The notes below the pieces were generated by a model. The model had not been told where the DNA came from and made no database searches. It worked only from the letters and a program-made list of their open reading frames with translations. Source: Opitutia bacterium (GTDB taxonomy: Bacteria; Verrucomicrobiota; Verrucomicrobiia; Opitutales; T3Sed10-336). Taken from it: a stretch of DNA of 64,000 nt. A program made the translations under genes and the position numbers. The stretch covers positions 17,924 through 81,923 of the forward strand of contig PXBO01000107.1 of NCBI GenBank assembly GCA_003566885.1. The letters are read 5' to 3'. How positions within the stretch are numbered: the first letter of the stretch is position 1; each line of letters begins with the position of its first letter. Shown in pieces: positions 51,903 through 60,652 of the stretch.

Positions 51903-51938
51903 CTAGGAGTCTGTCGGCGAAGCCCGACAGACTCCTAG
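51903..51938. repeat. Palindrome (15-bp arms, 6-nt loop) overlapping the stop codon of the AI-2E transporter gene; related to 40164..40213
   Basis: ctaggagtctgtcgg-cgaagc-ccgacagactcctag. The terminal ctag contains the minus-strand TAG stop (51935-51937). Confidence 0.65.
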
Positions 51939-53053
51939 CCCTTTCCGCTGGAAACTTCGCTTTCCTTGAGTTCCACCGGCGTGCTTGCCTCCGCGGCAAT
52001 CATCTGGTTGGTGCGGGGCCAGGAACTCAATACCGCTTTGACCAGGGTGGCGAGCGGAATGGCGAAGAAAATCCCCCAGAATCCCCAGATTCCGCCGAAA
52101 AAAAGCAGGGCCACGATGATAGCCACCGGATGCAGGTCCACCACCTTGGAAAACAGCAGGGGGAAAAGCACGTTGGCATCCAGGGTCTGAATCACCGCGT
52201 AGGCGATCATGACGTACACCAACTCGGGACTCCAGCCCCACTGAAAATAGGCGATCCCCAGGATTGGAAACGTGACCACCGCCGCGCCGATGTAGGGAAT
52301 CAAAACCGAAAAGCCCACCAGGACTGCAAGCAGCATGGCATAGTTCAGGTTGAGCAGGAAAAAGGTCAGATAGGTCACAACACCGACAATGATGATTTCC
52401 CAGAATTTCCCGCGAATGTAATTGGCGATCTGTCGATTGGTTTCCCGCCACACCTGTCCGGCCAGAGAATGGTCCCGCGGCAGGTAACTTTTGAACCAGT
52501 TGAGAATCTTGACCTTGTCCTTGAGAAAAAAGAAGACCATCAGCGGCATCAACACCAGGTAGACCACCACCGCCATAACGGTGGGCAACAGGGCCAGGGA
52601 TGCCGACAACACGGTTTCACCCAAACGCTCCACCTCCGGACGCAAATTCCCGATCAACCCCTGGATCTGGTCTTCATTAAAAAGTTCGGGGTAACGGTCG
52701 GGCAAATCCAGCAGGTAGGCTTCAAGAGCCAGGATCATCCGCGGCATTTCCTGGATCAGCCGAGTGATTTCACGGTAAAGGAGCGGTATCAGGGCAAAGA
52801 TGGTGAAAAAGAGCCCGTTCATAAAAATGACAAAGACAAAAAGAACGGACAACCAGCGAGGAATCCCTCTCCCGCGCAAAGCCCCCACCAGACCATCCAG
52901 CAGATAAGCGATGATTACGCTCGCCAATACCGGAGCCAGCAGTCTTCCGAAGAGCACGATCACGGAGAATGCGACGATCAGCAACAGGACGAGAATGATG
53001 ACCTGGGGGTCGGAAAAATGCCGATTAAATAGACTGCGAAGATATGCCAGCAT
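51935..53053 (-). CDS. AI-2E family transporter (UPF0118/PerM-like)
   Basis: 372 aa, polytopic. The sequence pattern is typical of the family (..GKFWEIIIVGVVTY.., ..IPYIGAAVVTFP.., ..FFGGIWGFWGIFFAIPLA..). Confidence 0.85.
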   Translation of the reverse strand: MLAYLRSLFNRHFSDPQVIILVLLLIVAFSVIVLFGRLLAPVLASVIIAYLLDGLVGALRGRGIPRWLSVLFVFVIFMNGLFFTIFALIPLLYREITRLIQEMPRMILALEAYLLDLPDRYPELFNEDQIQGLIGNLRPEVERLGETVLSASLALLPTVMAVVVYLVLMPLMVFFFLKDKVKILNWFKSYLPRDHSLAGQVWRETNRQIANYIRGKFWEIIIVGVVTYLTFFLLNLNYAMLLAVLVGFSVLIPYIGAAVVTFPILGIAYFQWGWSPELVYVMIAYAVIQTLDANVLFPLLFSKVVDLHPVAIIVALLFFGGIWGFWGIFFAIPLATLVKAVLSSWPRTNQMIAAEASTPVELKESEVSSGKG

Positions 53054-53127
53054 GTGACGGACGCGCCGGCCTTAAACAAGACTAGTTTTTAGCCGGGCTC
53101 AACCGTTAATGGCGAAAATGGAACCGT

Positions 53128-54171
53128 TCATTCCCGATGCAAGTCGCCCTCCGGATGGGAATCCGGCGGCGTCGCCGCGAGACCGGCCGCCGGCAAGCTC
53201 TTCTTCGGAACCGTGACGACAAAACAGGCGCCGCCCAGATCGGAATCTCCCACGCTCACCTTCCCTCCGTGCGCCTCGGCACAAACCCGCACTGAAATAA
53301 GGCCCAAACCGCATCCGTCGGGTTTGGTCGTCGCGAAGGGCTCCATAATCTCAGCCCGCCGTTCCAGCGGAATCCCGGGGCCGTCGTCATGCACTTCGAT
53401 GACAATTTCGTCGTCATCACTTCGCGCCAGGACTCGCACGTTACCTCTTCCTCCGGTGGCTTCCGCCGCGTTGATCAGCAGATTCAACAGAATCTGATGA
53501 TAGAGAGCGGGTCGGCCGACAATCCGCAAATGCGTCGGCCCGTCGATCTGAAAGTTGCACCAGCGGGCCTTTCGATGCGAACGAACCAGGCCGGTGATCT
53601 TTCGGATCTCGGCCGAAAGATCGAACTCGCACTCGCTTTCGGACAACCGTTCACTCCGCGCCGAGGCCAGCCTCTTGACCAGAGATTTCAGTTCCTCGTT
53701 GGCGGCCCTCAGCTGATTCAGCATGTTCCGCTTTTCTTCCGGCTCCACGTCGCCCAACTGTTCAGTCACACTCTCGATCACCATCAGGATATTGTTGATG
53801 TCGTGCGCCACCGACGACGCGAACAAACCCGCCACCGCCCGCCGGTTGGCGGTGAGCAGAGTTTCACGATAATCCGATAAGGATCGTTCGTCACGGGCCA
53901 CACGACGAAACATCAGGCAAGCGAACAGGAACAACAGGAGGGTAGTGATAACGATGAACAGGACCCCTTTCGCCTGCTCGATCCGGTGCAACTCCTCCTG
54001 TGTCTCCGCGACCCTTGCCGCCCATTCACTGGACAACACGATGTAAATCGAAGCGAAGCTAAAATATCCCAGAGCCAACCAGAAAGCCAAACGCAGGGGC
54101 TGATTGAGATACCCACGCAACCCTGATGCACGACGCTCCCCCGCATTTCTTTCGTAGTCTTCCTCTGTCAT
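53128..54171 (-). CDS. Membrane sensor histidine kinase (no adjacent response regulator)
   Basis: HisKA H-box FASSVAHDINNILMVI. HATPase_c motifs: N box LLNLLINAAEA, G1 DDGPGI, G2 GCGLGL. Two TM segments lie upstream. The ORF extends to 54267; I prefer the start at MTEEDYE (cat at 54169-54171), but this is uncertain. Confidence 0.85.
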   Translation of the reverse strand: MTEEDYERNAGERRASGLRGYLNQPLRLAFWLALGYFSFASIYIVLSSEWAARVAETQEELHRIEQAKGVLFIVITTLLLFLFACLMFRRVARDERSLSDYRETLLTANRRAVAGLFASSVAHDINNILMVIESVTEQLGDVEPEEKRNMLNQLRAANEELKSLVKRLASARSERLSESECEFDLSAEIRKITGLVRSHRKARWCNFQIDGPTHLRIVGRPALYHQILLNLLINAAEATGGRGNVRVLARSDDDEIVIEVHDDGPGIPLERRAEIMEPFATTKPDGCGLGLISVRVCAEAHGGKVSVGDSDLGGACFVVTVPKKSLPAAGLAATPPDSHPEGDLHRE

Positions 54172-54319
54172 CCCGCCACCTCTACTCGTTTCACCCCAGC
54201 ACCGTCCGTGCTGAAAAATACCACCGCAGAATTCTCCCAAAACCACGGCGAACCAAACAAATTTCAAGTCAGCCTCACCGGCACGCGATATCCATCATAA
54301 CTTGTTCCCTAATAAATAT

Positions 54320-54346
54320 TTGAATGCAAGCAAAAAATTGAATGCA
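54320..54346. promoter_or_regulatory. Direct repeat TTGAATGCA (x2, 18-bp period) in an AT-rich divergent promoter region
   Basis: Copies at 54320-54328 and 54338-54346. The second copy lies within the palindromic AATGCATT. The site sits between the divergent histidine kinase and ABC substrate-binding genes. Confidence 0.3.
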
Positions 54347-54430
54347 TTTCTTGGATCCCGGCAATCCGGATCAGGCTATACAGGCCGCATTGCGAATTTC
54401 TCCTTGCCTGCCTCGCGACGAGAACGCGCA

Positions 54431-55279
54431 ATGGATTCCCTAATGACCGGTCGAATCTTTTTGAGCGCACTGACCCTGATGGCCGCCACTCTCACCGCGA
54501 AGGCGGAATACGTTCGCATCGCCTCCATCAATCTTGCCACCGACCAACTGCTGCTCCAACTGGTGGATCGCGATCGGATCGTCGCGCTTTCCTTTATGGC
54601 AGCCGATCCCGAACTCTCGATGCTGGCCGACAAAGCCGCCGGTATTCCCGGCCTGCGCGGGGATGCCGAGGAAATCCTCCGATTACGGCCCGACCTCCTG
54701 CTGGCCGGAGACCACGGAAACCGTCAGGCCCTGGCATTCGCCGAAAGACAGGGAATACCGGTCCTGCGCCTCCCCGTTCCCAATACCTTCGACGAGGTGC
54801 GCGAGGTGATTATCCTGCTGGGAAGCAAGTTGAGCGCGGAGGAGGAAGCCAGGCGGTTGATCCAGGAAATGAACGACCGCTTAGAAACCCTGGAGCAAAA
54901 GACAAATCTCCAACCGGAACGTTCGACCGCACTGGCGTTGGGACACGGGGGACACGCCCAAGGGTCCGCCTCGATGATGCACGCCATCCTGGAGGCCGCG
55001 GGATTTCGCAACACCGGTGCGGAAATGGGCATCGTTTTCGAACGCAGACTCACGCTGGAACAGGTGCTGACCGATCCCCCGCGTTTCCTCGTGTCCACCC
55101 GCTACCATGCCGATCACCCCACCTTGGGCGACCGATTCCTCTCCCACCGGGCGCTGCGCCAAGTGGCCGGGAAAATGGACCAACTCGAGATTCCCCTCGC
55201 CTGGATCACTGCCAGCAACAATCTAACGGTCCAGGCCGCGGAAAGCCTGTACGAACAGGCCCGCCGTCATCTGCCATGA
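54431..55279 (+). CDS. ABC transporter periplasmic substrate-binding protein (iron-siderophore/heme/cobalamin type)
   Basis: The start is set at MDSLMTGRIFLSALTLMAATLTAKA (ATG 54431). The sequence pattern is of the FecB/BtuF-like PBP class (..DLLLAGDHGNRQALAFAERQGIPVLRLP..). The stop overlaps the next start (ATGA). Confidence 0.8.
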   Translation: MDSLMTGRIFLSALTLMAATLTAKAEYVRIASINLATDQLLLQLVDRDRIVALSFMAADPELSMLADKAAGIPGLRGDAEEILRLRPDLLLAGDHGNRQALAFAERQGIPVLRLPVPNTFDEVREVIILLGSKLSAEEEARRLIQEMNDRLETLEQKTNLQPERSTALALGHGGHAQGSASMMHAILEAAGFRNTGAEMGIVFERRLTLEQVLTDPPRFLVSTRYHADHPTLGDRFLSHRALRQVAGKMDQLEIPLAWITASNNLTVQAAESLYEQARRHLP

Positions 55280-56274
55280 CTGCCCGCAGGGAAAGTCTGC
55301 TCCTCTTTGGAGCCTTAACCGGGCTGACGGGACTCGTCACCCTGCTCTCGCTCGGTATCGGCACGGTCTTTCTTGCGCCCCACGAAATCGTTGCGCTGTT
55401 TTGGGCCGACGATGACAAACTCATGGGCGTGGCCCTGCGCGAAATCCGTTTACCCCGCACCTTGGCCGCACTTCTGGTCGGGGGAACGCTCGGCCTGACC
55501 GGCGCCGCACTTCAGGGTTATACCCGGAATCCCCTGGCCGACTCCGGCCTGCTCGGCGTCAATGGCGGCGCCGCACTGGGCGCAGTTCTCGTTCTGTACA
55601 CCGGAGCCTTCGCCGCCATTCCCTTCGCCCTGCCGCTGGGCGGGCTGGCGGGAGCGTTGGTCGCCACCGCACTAATCGTAGCATTGTCGGGACGGGCCAA
55701 CATTCAGACCCTCATTCTGGCTGGTGTGGCCGTTTCCTCGCTCGCAGCGGCCCTCACATCCCTGGTGCTCAATTTTGCCCCAAATCCCTACGCCGCCCTG
55801 GAAATCGTTCACTGGCTGCTGGGTTCGGTAGCCAACCGCAGCTGGGATGACGTCGGCCTGGTGCTTCCGTTCATGGCGGCCGGCGCGGTCCTGCTGCTCT
55901 TGAGCGGCCCCGGATTGAGGGCACTGACCCTGGGCGAAGACACCGCCGCCAGCCTCGGGTTCTCCATGCGAAAACTTCGCTGGCTGATCATCGCGGGTGC
56001 CGCGCTGGCCGTCGGACCGGCCACCGCCCTCGCCGGCGCCATCGGGTTCGTGGGTCTGGTAGTCCCTCATCTCCTTCGGCCCCTCGTGGGCCACGATCCC
56101 GCCCGCCTTCTACCGGCCAGCGCGCTGGGAGGCGCCGTGCTCCTGACTGCTGCCGACATCGTCATTCGACTCCTGCCCGCCGATCGCGATCTCAAGCTGG
56201 GCGTCATCACCGCGTTAATCGGCGCCCCCTTCTTCCTGTTCCTCATACTCAAAGTGCGAAAGGAGTGGACATGA
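55276..56274 (+). CDS. FecCD-family ABC permease
   Basis: 332 aa. ..LREIRLPRTLAALLVGGTLGLTGAALQGYTRNPLADSGLLGV.. is the FecCD signature region. Confidence 0.9.
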   Translation: MTARRESLLLFGALTGLTGLVTLLSLGIGTVFLAPHEIVALFWADDDKLMGVALREIRLPRTLAALLVGGTLGLTGAALQGYTRNPLADSGLLGVNGGAALGAVLVLYTGAFAAIPFALPLGGLAGALVATALIVALSGRANIQTLILAGVAVSSLAAALTSLVLNFAPNPYAALEIVHWLLGSVANRSWDDVGLVLPFMAAGAVLLLLSGPGLRALTLGEDTAASLGFSMRKLRWLIIAGAALAVGPATALAGAIGFVGLVVPHLLRPLVGHDPARLLPASALGGAVLLTAADIVIRLLPADRDLKLGVITALIGAPFFLFLILKVRKEWT

Positions 56275-57062
56275 CAGACGGCAAATTCCTGATGGAAGTT
56301 CGCCGGCTATGCGTCCATCGCGCAAGCCGCAGAGTCCTCGACTCGGTCGGCGCCGGAATCAAGGAAGGCGAGCTTTACGGCGTCATCGGCGCCAACGGCT
56401 CGGGAAAATCAACCCTGCTGCAAACCCTGGCCGGACTACTGCCAGCCACCTCCGGCCAAATCCTCTACCGAAACGCACCGGCCAAACGCACCGCTCGCCG
56501 CACCCTGGCCCGGGAAATCGCCTACCTTCCCCAAAACCCGGTCTGCCACTGGCCACTGACGGTGGAGCGACTGGTCACGCTCGGACGGATTCCCCACCTG
56601 GGTCCATGGGCCCGGCCGGGAAACGCCGACCGCCGCGCGGTTTCCGAAGCCATGGCCGCAGTGGACGTGACCTGTCTCGCCGACCGGCCGGCCAATCGTC
56701 TTTCCGGCGGCGAACAAAGGCGCGCCCTGCTCGCGCGTGCTCTCGCGGGCGAGCCCCGTCTTCTCCTGGCCGACGAACCTTCGAGCGGATTGGACCCCTA
56801 CCACCAACTTCAGTTGATGGAACTCCTGCGGGATCGGGTCGAATCAGGCGTATCCGTAATTCTGGTACTACACAATCTCGCTCTTGCTTCACGCTTTTGC
56901 GACCGCGTGCTCCTGCTAAAGGAAGGCAAGGTTCTGGCCGAAGGCGACCCCACAGTGGAGGACGCGCTAAACCCGGAGAACCTGGCCACCGCCTACGGGG
57001 TTTCCACCAGAACCCTGGTCGACGGCCACCAGATGGCCGTTATTCCCTGGGATCGAATATGA
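56271..57062 (+). CDS. ABC transporter ATP-binding protein
   Basis: Walker A GANGSGKST, signature LSGGEQRR, Walker B LLLADEP. The listed ORF starts at GTG 56265; ATG 56271 forms an ATGA overlap with the permease stop. Confidence 0.9.
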   Translation: MTDGKFLMEVRRLCVHRASRRVLDSVGAGIKEGELYGVIGANGSGKSTLLQTLAGLLPATSGQILYRNAPAKRTARRTLAREIAYLPQNPVCHWPLTVERLVTLGRIPHLGPWARPGNADRRAVSEAMAAVDVTCLADRPANRLSGGEQRRALLARALAGEPRLLLADEPSSGLDPYHQLQLMELLRDRVESGVSVILVLHNLALASRFCDRVLLLKEGKVLAEGDPTVEDALNPENLATAYGVSTRTLVDGHQMAVIPWDRI

Positions 57063-58255
57063 GGGCAGTTAAACTGCAGTTCTTTCTCTCCTTTGCAGTC
57101 ATGGGGGCAATCATGCCTTTCCTGGCGGTCTATCTCAAGGAGGACCAGGGATTGAGCGAAATCCAGATCGGATACGTGGCCGCAGCCGCCAGCATCGCCG
57201 TCCTCATCGCCCCGGTCGCCATCACGTTGCTGGCCGACACCCGCATGGACCCCCGGCGATTAACCGCGGCATGTTACCTGCTTTCCGGCTTGTTTCTCAT
57301 CCTGCTATCCATGGTGGAGGGGTTCTGGCCAACCATCCTCCTTTTCGGTCTGCACAGCCTCGCCTTTGTAGCCATCATTCCACTCCAGGACGGAATCAAT
57401 TTCTCCATACAAAGAAAACTCGAAGAGGGCGGGCTTCGCCTCACACCGTACCACCAGATCAGAGTTTGGGGAACCATTGGCTTCATTGTCCCCAGCGCCA
57501 TAATTTACCTGCTGATTGAACGCGGTTTCACCACCAGCGTGATTTTGCTCATCGGCGTCGCGTTCAGCGTACTCGGAATCCTCAACTGCCGATTGCTTCC
57601 CGACCCGCGAATCGACCGAAGCCGCCTCGCCGGGGCGGACGCCAAAGCATGGGGCCTGCCTACTCTGGGAGCCGCCCGATCGCTGTTCAAAGGCAATGTA
57701 CTCGTGTTCTGCGTCGGCATGACTTTCGTGCATGCCGCATCGTCGGCCTATTTCGCGTTTTATCCCCTCTACCTGACTGAGGAAGTCGGAATCGACCGAA
57801 AATGGGTGGGGCTGATCTTCAATATCGGTGTGGTGATCGAAATCGTTTTTATTCTGGGACTGGGATACCTCATACGCAAGGTCGGCCTGCGCAATCTCAT
57901 CCTGATCGGGGTCTTCTGTATGGCGGCGCGCACCGCCCTGCTGGCCTGGCAACCGACGGTTTCCGTCGCCATCGCGGGACAGGTTTTCCATGGACTGATC
58001 ATCATCGCCCTCCACGTCGCCCCGGTGATGTACATCAACCGTCAGGCCGCCGACGGATTCCGCAATTCGATCCAGGGCCTTTACACCATGATTGTGGTCG
58101 GTGGCTCCCGCATTGCCGGAAGCGTACTTTCCGGGCACCTTGCCCAAAGCGGGTTAATTCTGCTTTTCATCGTAGCAACTGCCATGTCTGTCGCCACCTT
58201 GATCCTATTCCTCATCGCCTTTCGGCCGGAGTCGAAGGATAAGTCACCGTTTTAG
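57059..58255 (+). CDS. MFS transporter (MFS_1_like / nucleoside-H+ symporter-like family)
   Basis: The real start is taken as ATG 57059 (MRAVKLQFFLSFAVMGAIMPFLAVYLKE..), an ATGA overlap with the ATPase stop. About 12 hydrophobic segments. The N-terminal 250 aa of the listed 648-aa ORF are an out-of-frame shadow over the ATPase gene. Confidence 0.85.
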   Translation: MRAVKLQFFLSFAVMGAIMPFLAVYLKEDQGLSEIQIGYVAAAASIAVLIAPVAITLLADTRMDPRRLTAACYLLSGLFLILLSMVEGFWPTILLFGLHSLAFVAIIPLQDGINFSIQRKLEEGGLRLTPYHQIRVWGTIGFIVPSAIIYLLIERGFTTSVILLIGVAFSVLGILNCRLLPDPRIDRSRLAGADAKAWGLPTLGAARSLFKGNVLVFCVGMTFVHAASSAYFAFYPLYLTEEVGIDRKWVGLIFNIGVVIEIVFILGLGYLIRKVGLRNLILIGVFCMAARTALLAWQPTVSVAIAGQVFHGLIIIALHVAPVMYINRQAADGFRNSIQGLYTMIVVGGSRIAGSVLSGHLAQSGLILLFIVATAMSVATLILFLIAFRPESKDKSPF

Positions 58256-58429
58256 CAGGCGATCGCGAGTGGGACCTTTTGCCCGGTAACGGGAAGAGCC
58301 GCAGAAGGCGCGGTCTACCGGTGTCTCGGACGTTTCCGCACTCCCTGCCTCCATCGTCCGCCTTTTTTGATCACAATGCGCGGAGAAATTTCTTGGACCC
58401 TTGACGTCGGCTTCGATAGGTTCCTTCGC

Positions 58430-59350
58430 ATGCGACACTGGCAAAGTCCACATGGCCGCCGGCTTCCCGTCCCGGGCCAGAGAACATTGATTATGGGCGT
58501 GCTCAATGCCACGCCCGATTCCTTTTCCGACGGCGGACGGCACCTGGACCCGGAACGGGCGGCCGATCACGCCGGGCAAATGATTGAGGAAGGCGCCGAC
58601 ATTCTCGACATCGGCGGTGAATCGACCCGGCCGGGAGCCCGGCCGGTGGATGCGGCCGAGGAACTCGATCGGGTTCTGCCATTACTGCAACTCCTTCGTA
58701 AACGTTTCCCGGACATCCCTTTATCCATCGACACCTACAAGGCGGACGTAGCGCGAACGGCGGTACAGAACGGCGCCGACCTGATCAATGATGTCTGGGG
58801 ATTAACCTACGGTCTTGATGACGAAACACGCCGTGCCTGGCGCCGGGCGGTGGAGCGGGATTCAGTGTCATCCGACCTCCCGCTTTCCCCCATGGCGCAT
58901 GCGGCAGCCTCCCTGGCATGTCCCGTCATTCTCATGCACAATCGCAGTCAGCCGATCTACGAGGACTTCTGGTTCGATCTCTTACTCGACATCAGGGTCG
59001 CGATCACCCTGGCAAAGCAAGCGGGAGTGGCCTCCAATCAGATCTGGCTCGATCCCGGATTCGGATTCGGAAAAACACCGCACCACAATCTCGAAGTGCT
59101 CAAACACCTCGGTCGCCTGACATCCCTCGGTTTTCCCGTCCTGCTGGGCACATCGCGCAAATCGACCCTGGGTCTGGTCCTGGACCGCCCGGTGGAAAAC
59201 AGGCGGGAGGGTACCGCAGCCACCGCGGTTTGGGGCATCGCCAAGGGCTGCCACATGGTGAGGGTGCACGACGTTGCCGAGATCCGGCCGTACATTGTCA
59301 TGGCGGACGCCATTCGCCTGGGCCTGGATTATCCGGAGTCCGATGGGTGA
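58430..59350 (+). CDS. folP: Dihydropteroate synthase
   Basis: IMGVLNATPDSFSDGG, DIGGESTRPG, LSIDT, NDV and GTSRKS motifs. The start at ATG 58430 gives the usual roughly 20-aa lead before the MGVLN motif. The ORF opens at 58367. Confidence 0.93.
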   Translation: MRHWQSPHGRRLPVPGQRTLIMGVLNATPDSFSDGGRHLDPERAADHAGQMIEEGADILDIGGESTRPGARPVDAAEELDRVLPLLQLLRKRFPDIPLSIDTYKADVARTAVQNGADLINDVWGLTYGLDDETRRAWRRAVERDSVSSDLPLSPMAHAAASLACPVILMHNRSQPIYEDFWFDLLLDIRVAITLAKQAGVASNQIWLDPGFGFGKTPHHNLEVLKHLGRLTSLGFPVLLGTSRKSTLGLVLDRPVENRREGTAATAVWGIAKGCHMVRVHDVAEIRPYIVMADAIRLGLDYPESDG

Positions 59351-59548
59351 CGTTTTTCGCGTTGGTTAACGTCACGTATCACCGGCAGTCGGGAACCGGA
59401 GCCATAAAAGAATATTCGCCGCGAACGACGCATCGCGCAAACGGATACACCCCGCAAAGACAATCCACGCGCATCCTTTGCCAGCGTACGACCGGATCTC
59501 CCTGGAGGTACGGGATAGACTTGGCTCCTTTCACCAGCACAAACATAT

Positions 59549-60019
59549 ATGCCGTACCGAATCTGCCGTCGTTTCGAAGTTGAATCCGGGCACATGCTTA
59601 GCCGCCATGCAGGCCAGTGCCGGATGCCTCACGGGCACTCACGCTCAATCGAAATCATACTTGAAGCCGATAAACTGGACGAAAACGGGATGGTGATTGA
59701 TTTCAAAACGCTGAAAGAAATCGCGGTCCCCGTGGTGAATGCCTACGATCACGCGCTCTGCGTCAACAGCGCCGATCCCAACTTCGCCACCCTTATTCGA
59801 CTTTTCGGCGAGGCCGTCGTCCCTTTCGAAAACTGCGAACCTACCACTGAAAATCTGGCCCGGCGGCTCTACGAAGAACTGCGACACCGCCTGCAACACC
59901 CTCCCCACTCCATTCGTCAGTTGAAGCTTTGCCGGGTCCGCGTCAGCGAAACCGCAGCCACCTGGGCGGAGTATGAACCGAAAATGGCCAGCACGTCTGA
60001 ACCAAGAACCGGGAATTAA
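59549..60019 (+). CDS. queD: 6-carboxy-5,6,7,8-tetrahydropterin synthase (QueD / PTPS family)
   Basis: 156 aa. FEVESGHML..CRMPHGHS (Cys-x3-His-Gly-His) is typical of QueD-type COG0720 proteins. Confidence 0.85.
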   Translation: MPYRICRRFEVESGHMLSRHAGQCRMPHGHSRSIEIILEADKLDENGMVIDFKTLKEIAVPVVNAYDHALCVNSADPNFATLIRLFGEAVVPFENCEPTTENLARRLYEELRHRLQHPPHSIRQLKLCRVRVSETAATWAEYEPKMASTSEPRTGN

Positions 60020-60040
60020 AAACCAAGAACGCGCAACGCG

Positions 60041-60652
60041 CTATTGTTTCATCTCAAAGATGGCGTAGCCGCAAAGCAGGTTGTGCCAGCGTTTGCTGGG
60101 AGTCTCCCAATCGCCGCCAAGGTAAACCCGGCGGGTGACGGTGATGTTGTGGCGGGCACAGAAGGACTCAAACTCGGCTATGGAAATGGGATGGGTGGGT
60201 CGGGCCTCGTACCACTCGTGTGGATTGATTTCCGTCAGGATGTGATTGCCGGTGGTCAGATGATGCAGGCGATTGCGCCAGTGACCGTAGTTGAGGAAGC
60301 CGACTGTAACCGCATCGGCCAGGCGCAACGCCTCCAGTAATACGGCGGAAGGGTTAATCAGTTCCTGTACGGTGCGTGAGCAGACTACCCGGTCGAAAAA
60401 CTTGTCCGGAAATGCCTTCATCAGTTCCGCCAGATCGCCCTGGTAAGCGGGTACGCCGCGTTTGATGCAGGAGCCCACCTTGTCTAGATCCCAATCCACG
60501 CCGACTCCGAAGACCGACTTGGTTTTTATCAGGTACTCCAGAAAAACCCCGCGGCCACACCCGAGGTCGAGCACGCTGCTGTTAGGCTCAATCCACTCAC
60601 TGATAATGCGCATGTCGACGGTGCGCTTGTCCGGTGTCTTGTCGGTGCTCAT
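60041..60652 (-). CDS. metW: Methionine biosynthesis protein MetW
   Basis: 203 aa, with the methyltransferase-fold motif VLDLGCGRG. The start overlaps the metX stop (ATGA). Confidence 0.9.
   Translation of the reverse strand: MSTDKTPDKRTVDMRIISEWIEPNSSVLDLGCGRGVFLEYLIKTKSVFGVGVDWDLDKVGSCIKRGVPAYQGDLAELMKAFPDKFFDRVVCSRTVQELINPSAVLLEALRLADAVTVGFLNYGHWRNRLHHLTTGNHILTEINPHEWYEARPTHPISIAEFESFCARHNITVTRRVYLGGDWETPSKRWHNLLCGYAIFEMKQ

Noticed and set aside
54268-54430. Cobalamin or other riboswitch upstream of the BtuF/FecB-like ABC operon.
   Set aside because: The leader from any plausible promoter to ATG 54431 is short. I could not see a B12-box-like conserved core or the multi-stem structure. 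This cannot be excluded without an Rfam covariance-model scan.
56309-57058. The N-terminal 250 codons of the listed 648-aa ORF (56309..58255), which would make a fused giant protein.
   Set aside because: This part overlaps the ABC ATPase gene in another frame and translates to Arg/Pro/Gly-rich nonsense. The MFS protein begins at ATG 57059, which forms an ATGA overlap with the ATPase stop.
59351-59548. preQ1 or THF riboswitch in the 198-nt spacer between folP and queD. There is also a hairpin at 59347-59375 (gtgacgtt/aacgtcac) overlapping the folP stop.
   Set aside because: No recognisable preQ1 or THF consensus was seen by eye. The hairpin lacks a U-tract and may simply be a weak terminator. 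An Rfam scan is needed to be sure.
59549-60019. The idea that the PTPS-family gene next to folP is a PTPS-III type enzyme replacing dihydroneopterin aldolase (FolB) in folate synthesis.
   Set aside because: The protein has the Cys-x3-His-Gly-His arrangement (CRMPHGH) that I associate with QueD-type enzymes. My memory of the PTPS-III signature is not precise enough to argue otherwise. The check would be whether folB and the other que genes are present in the genome.
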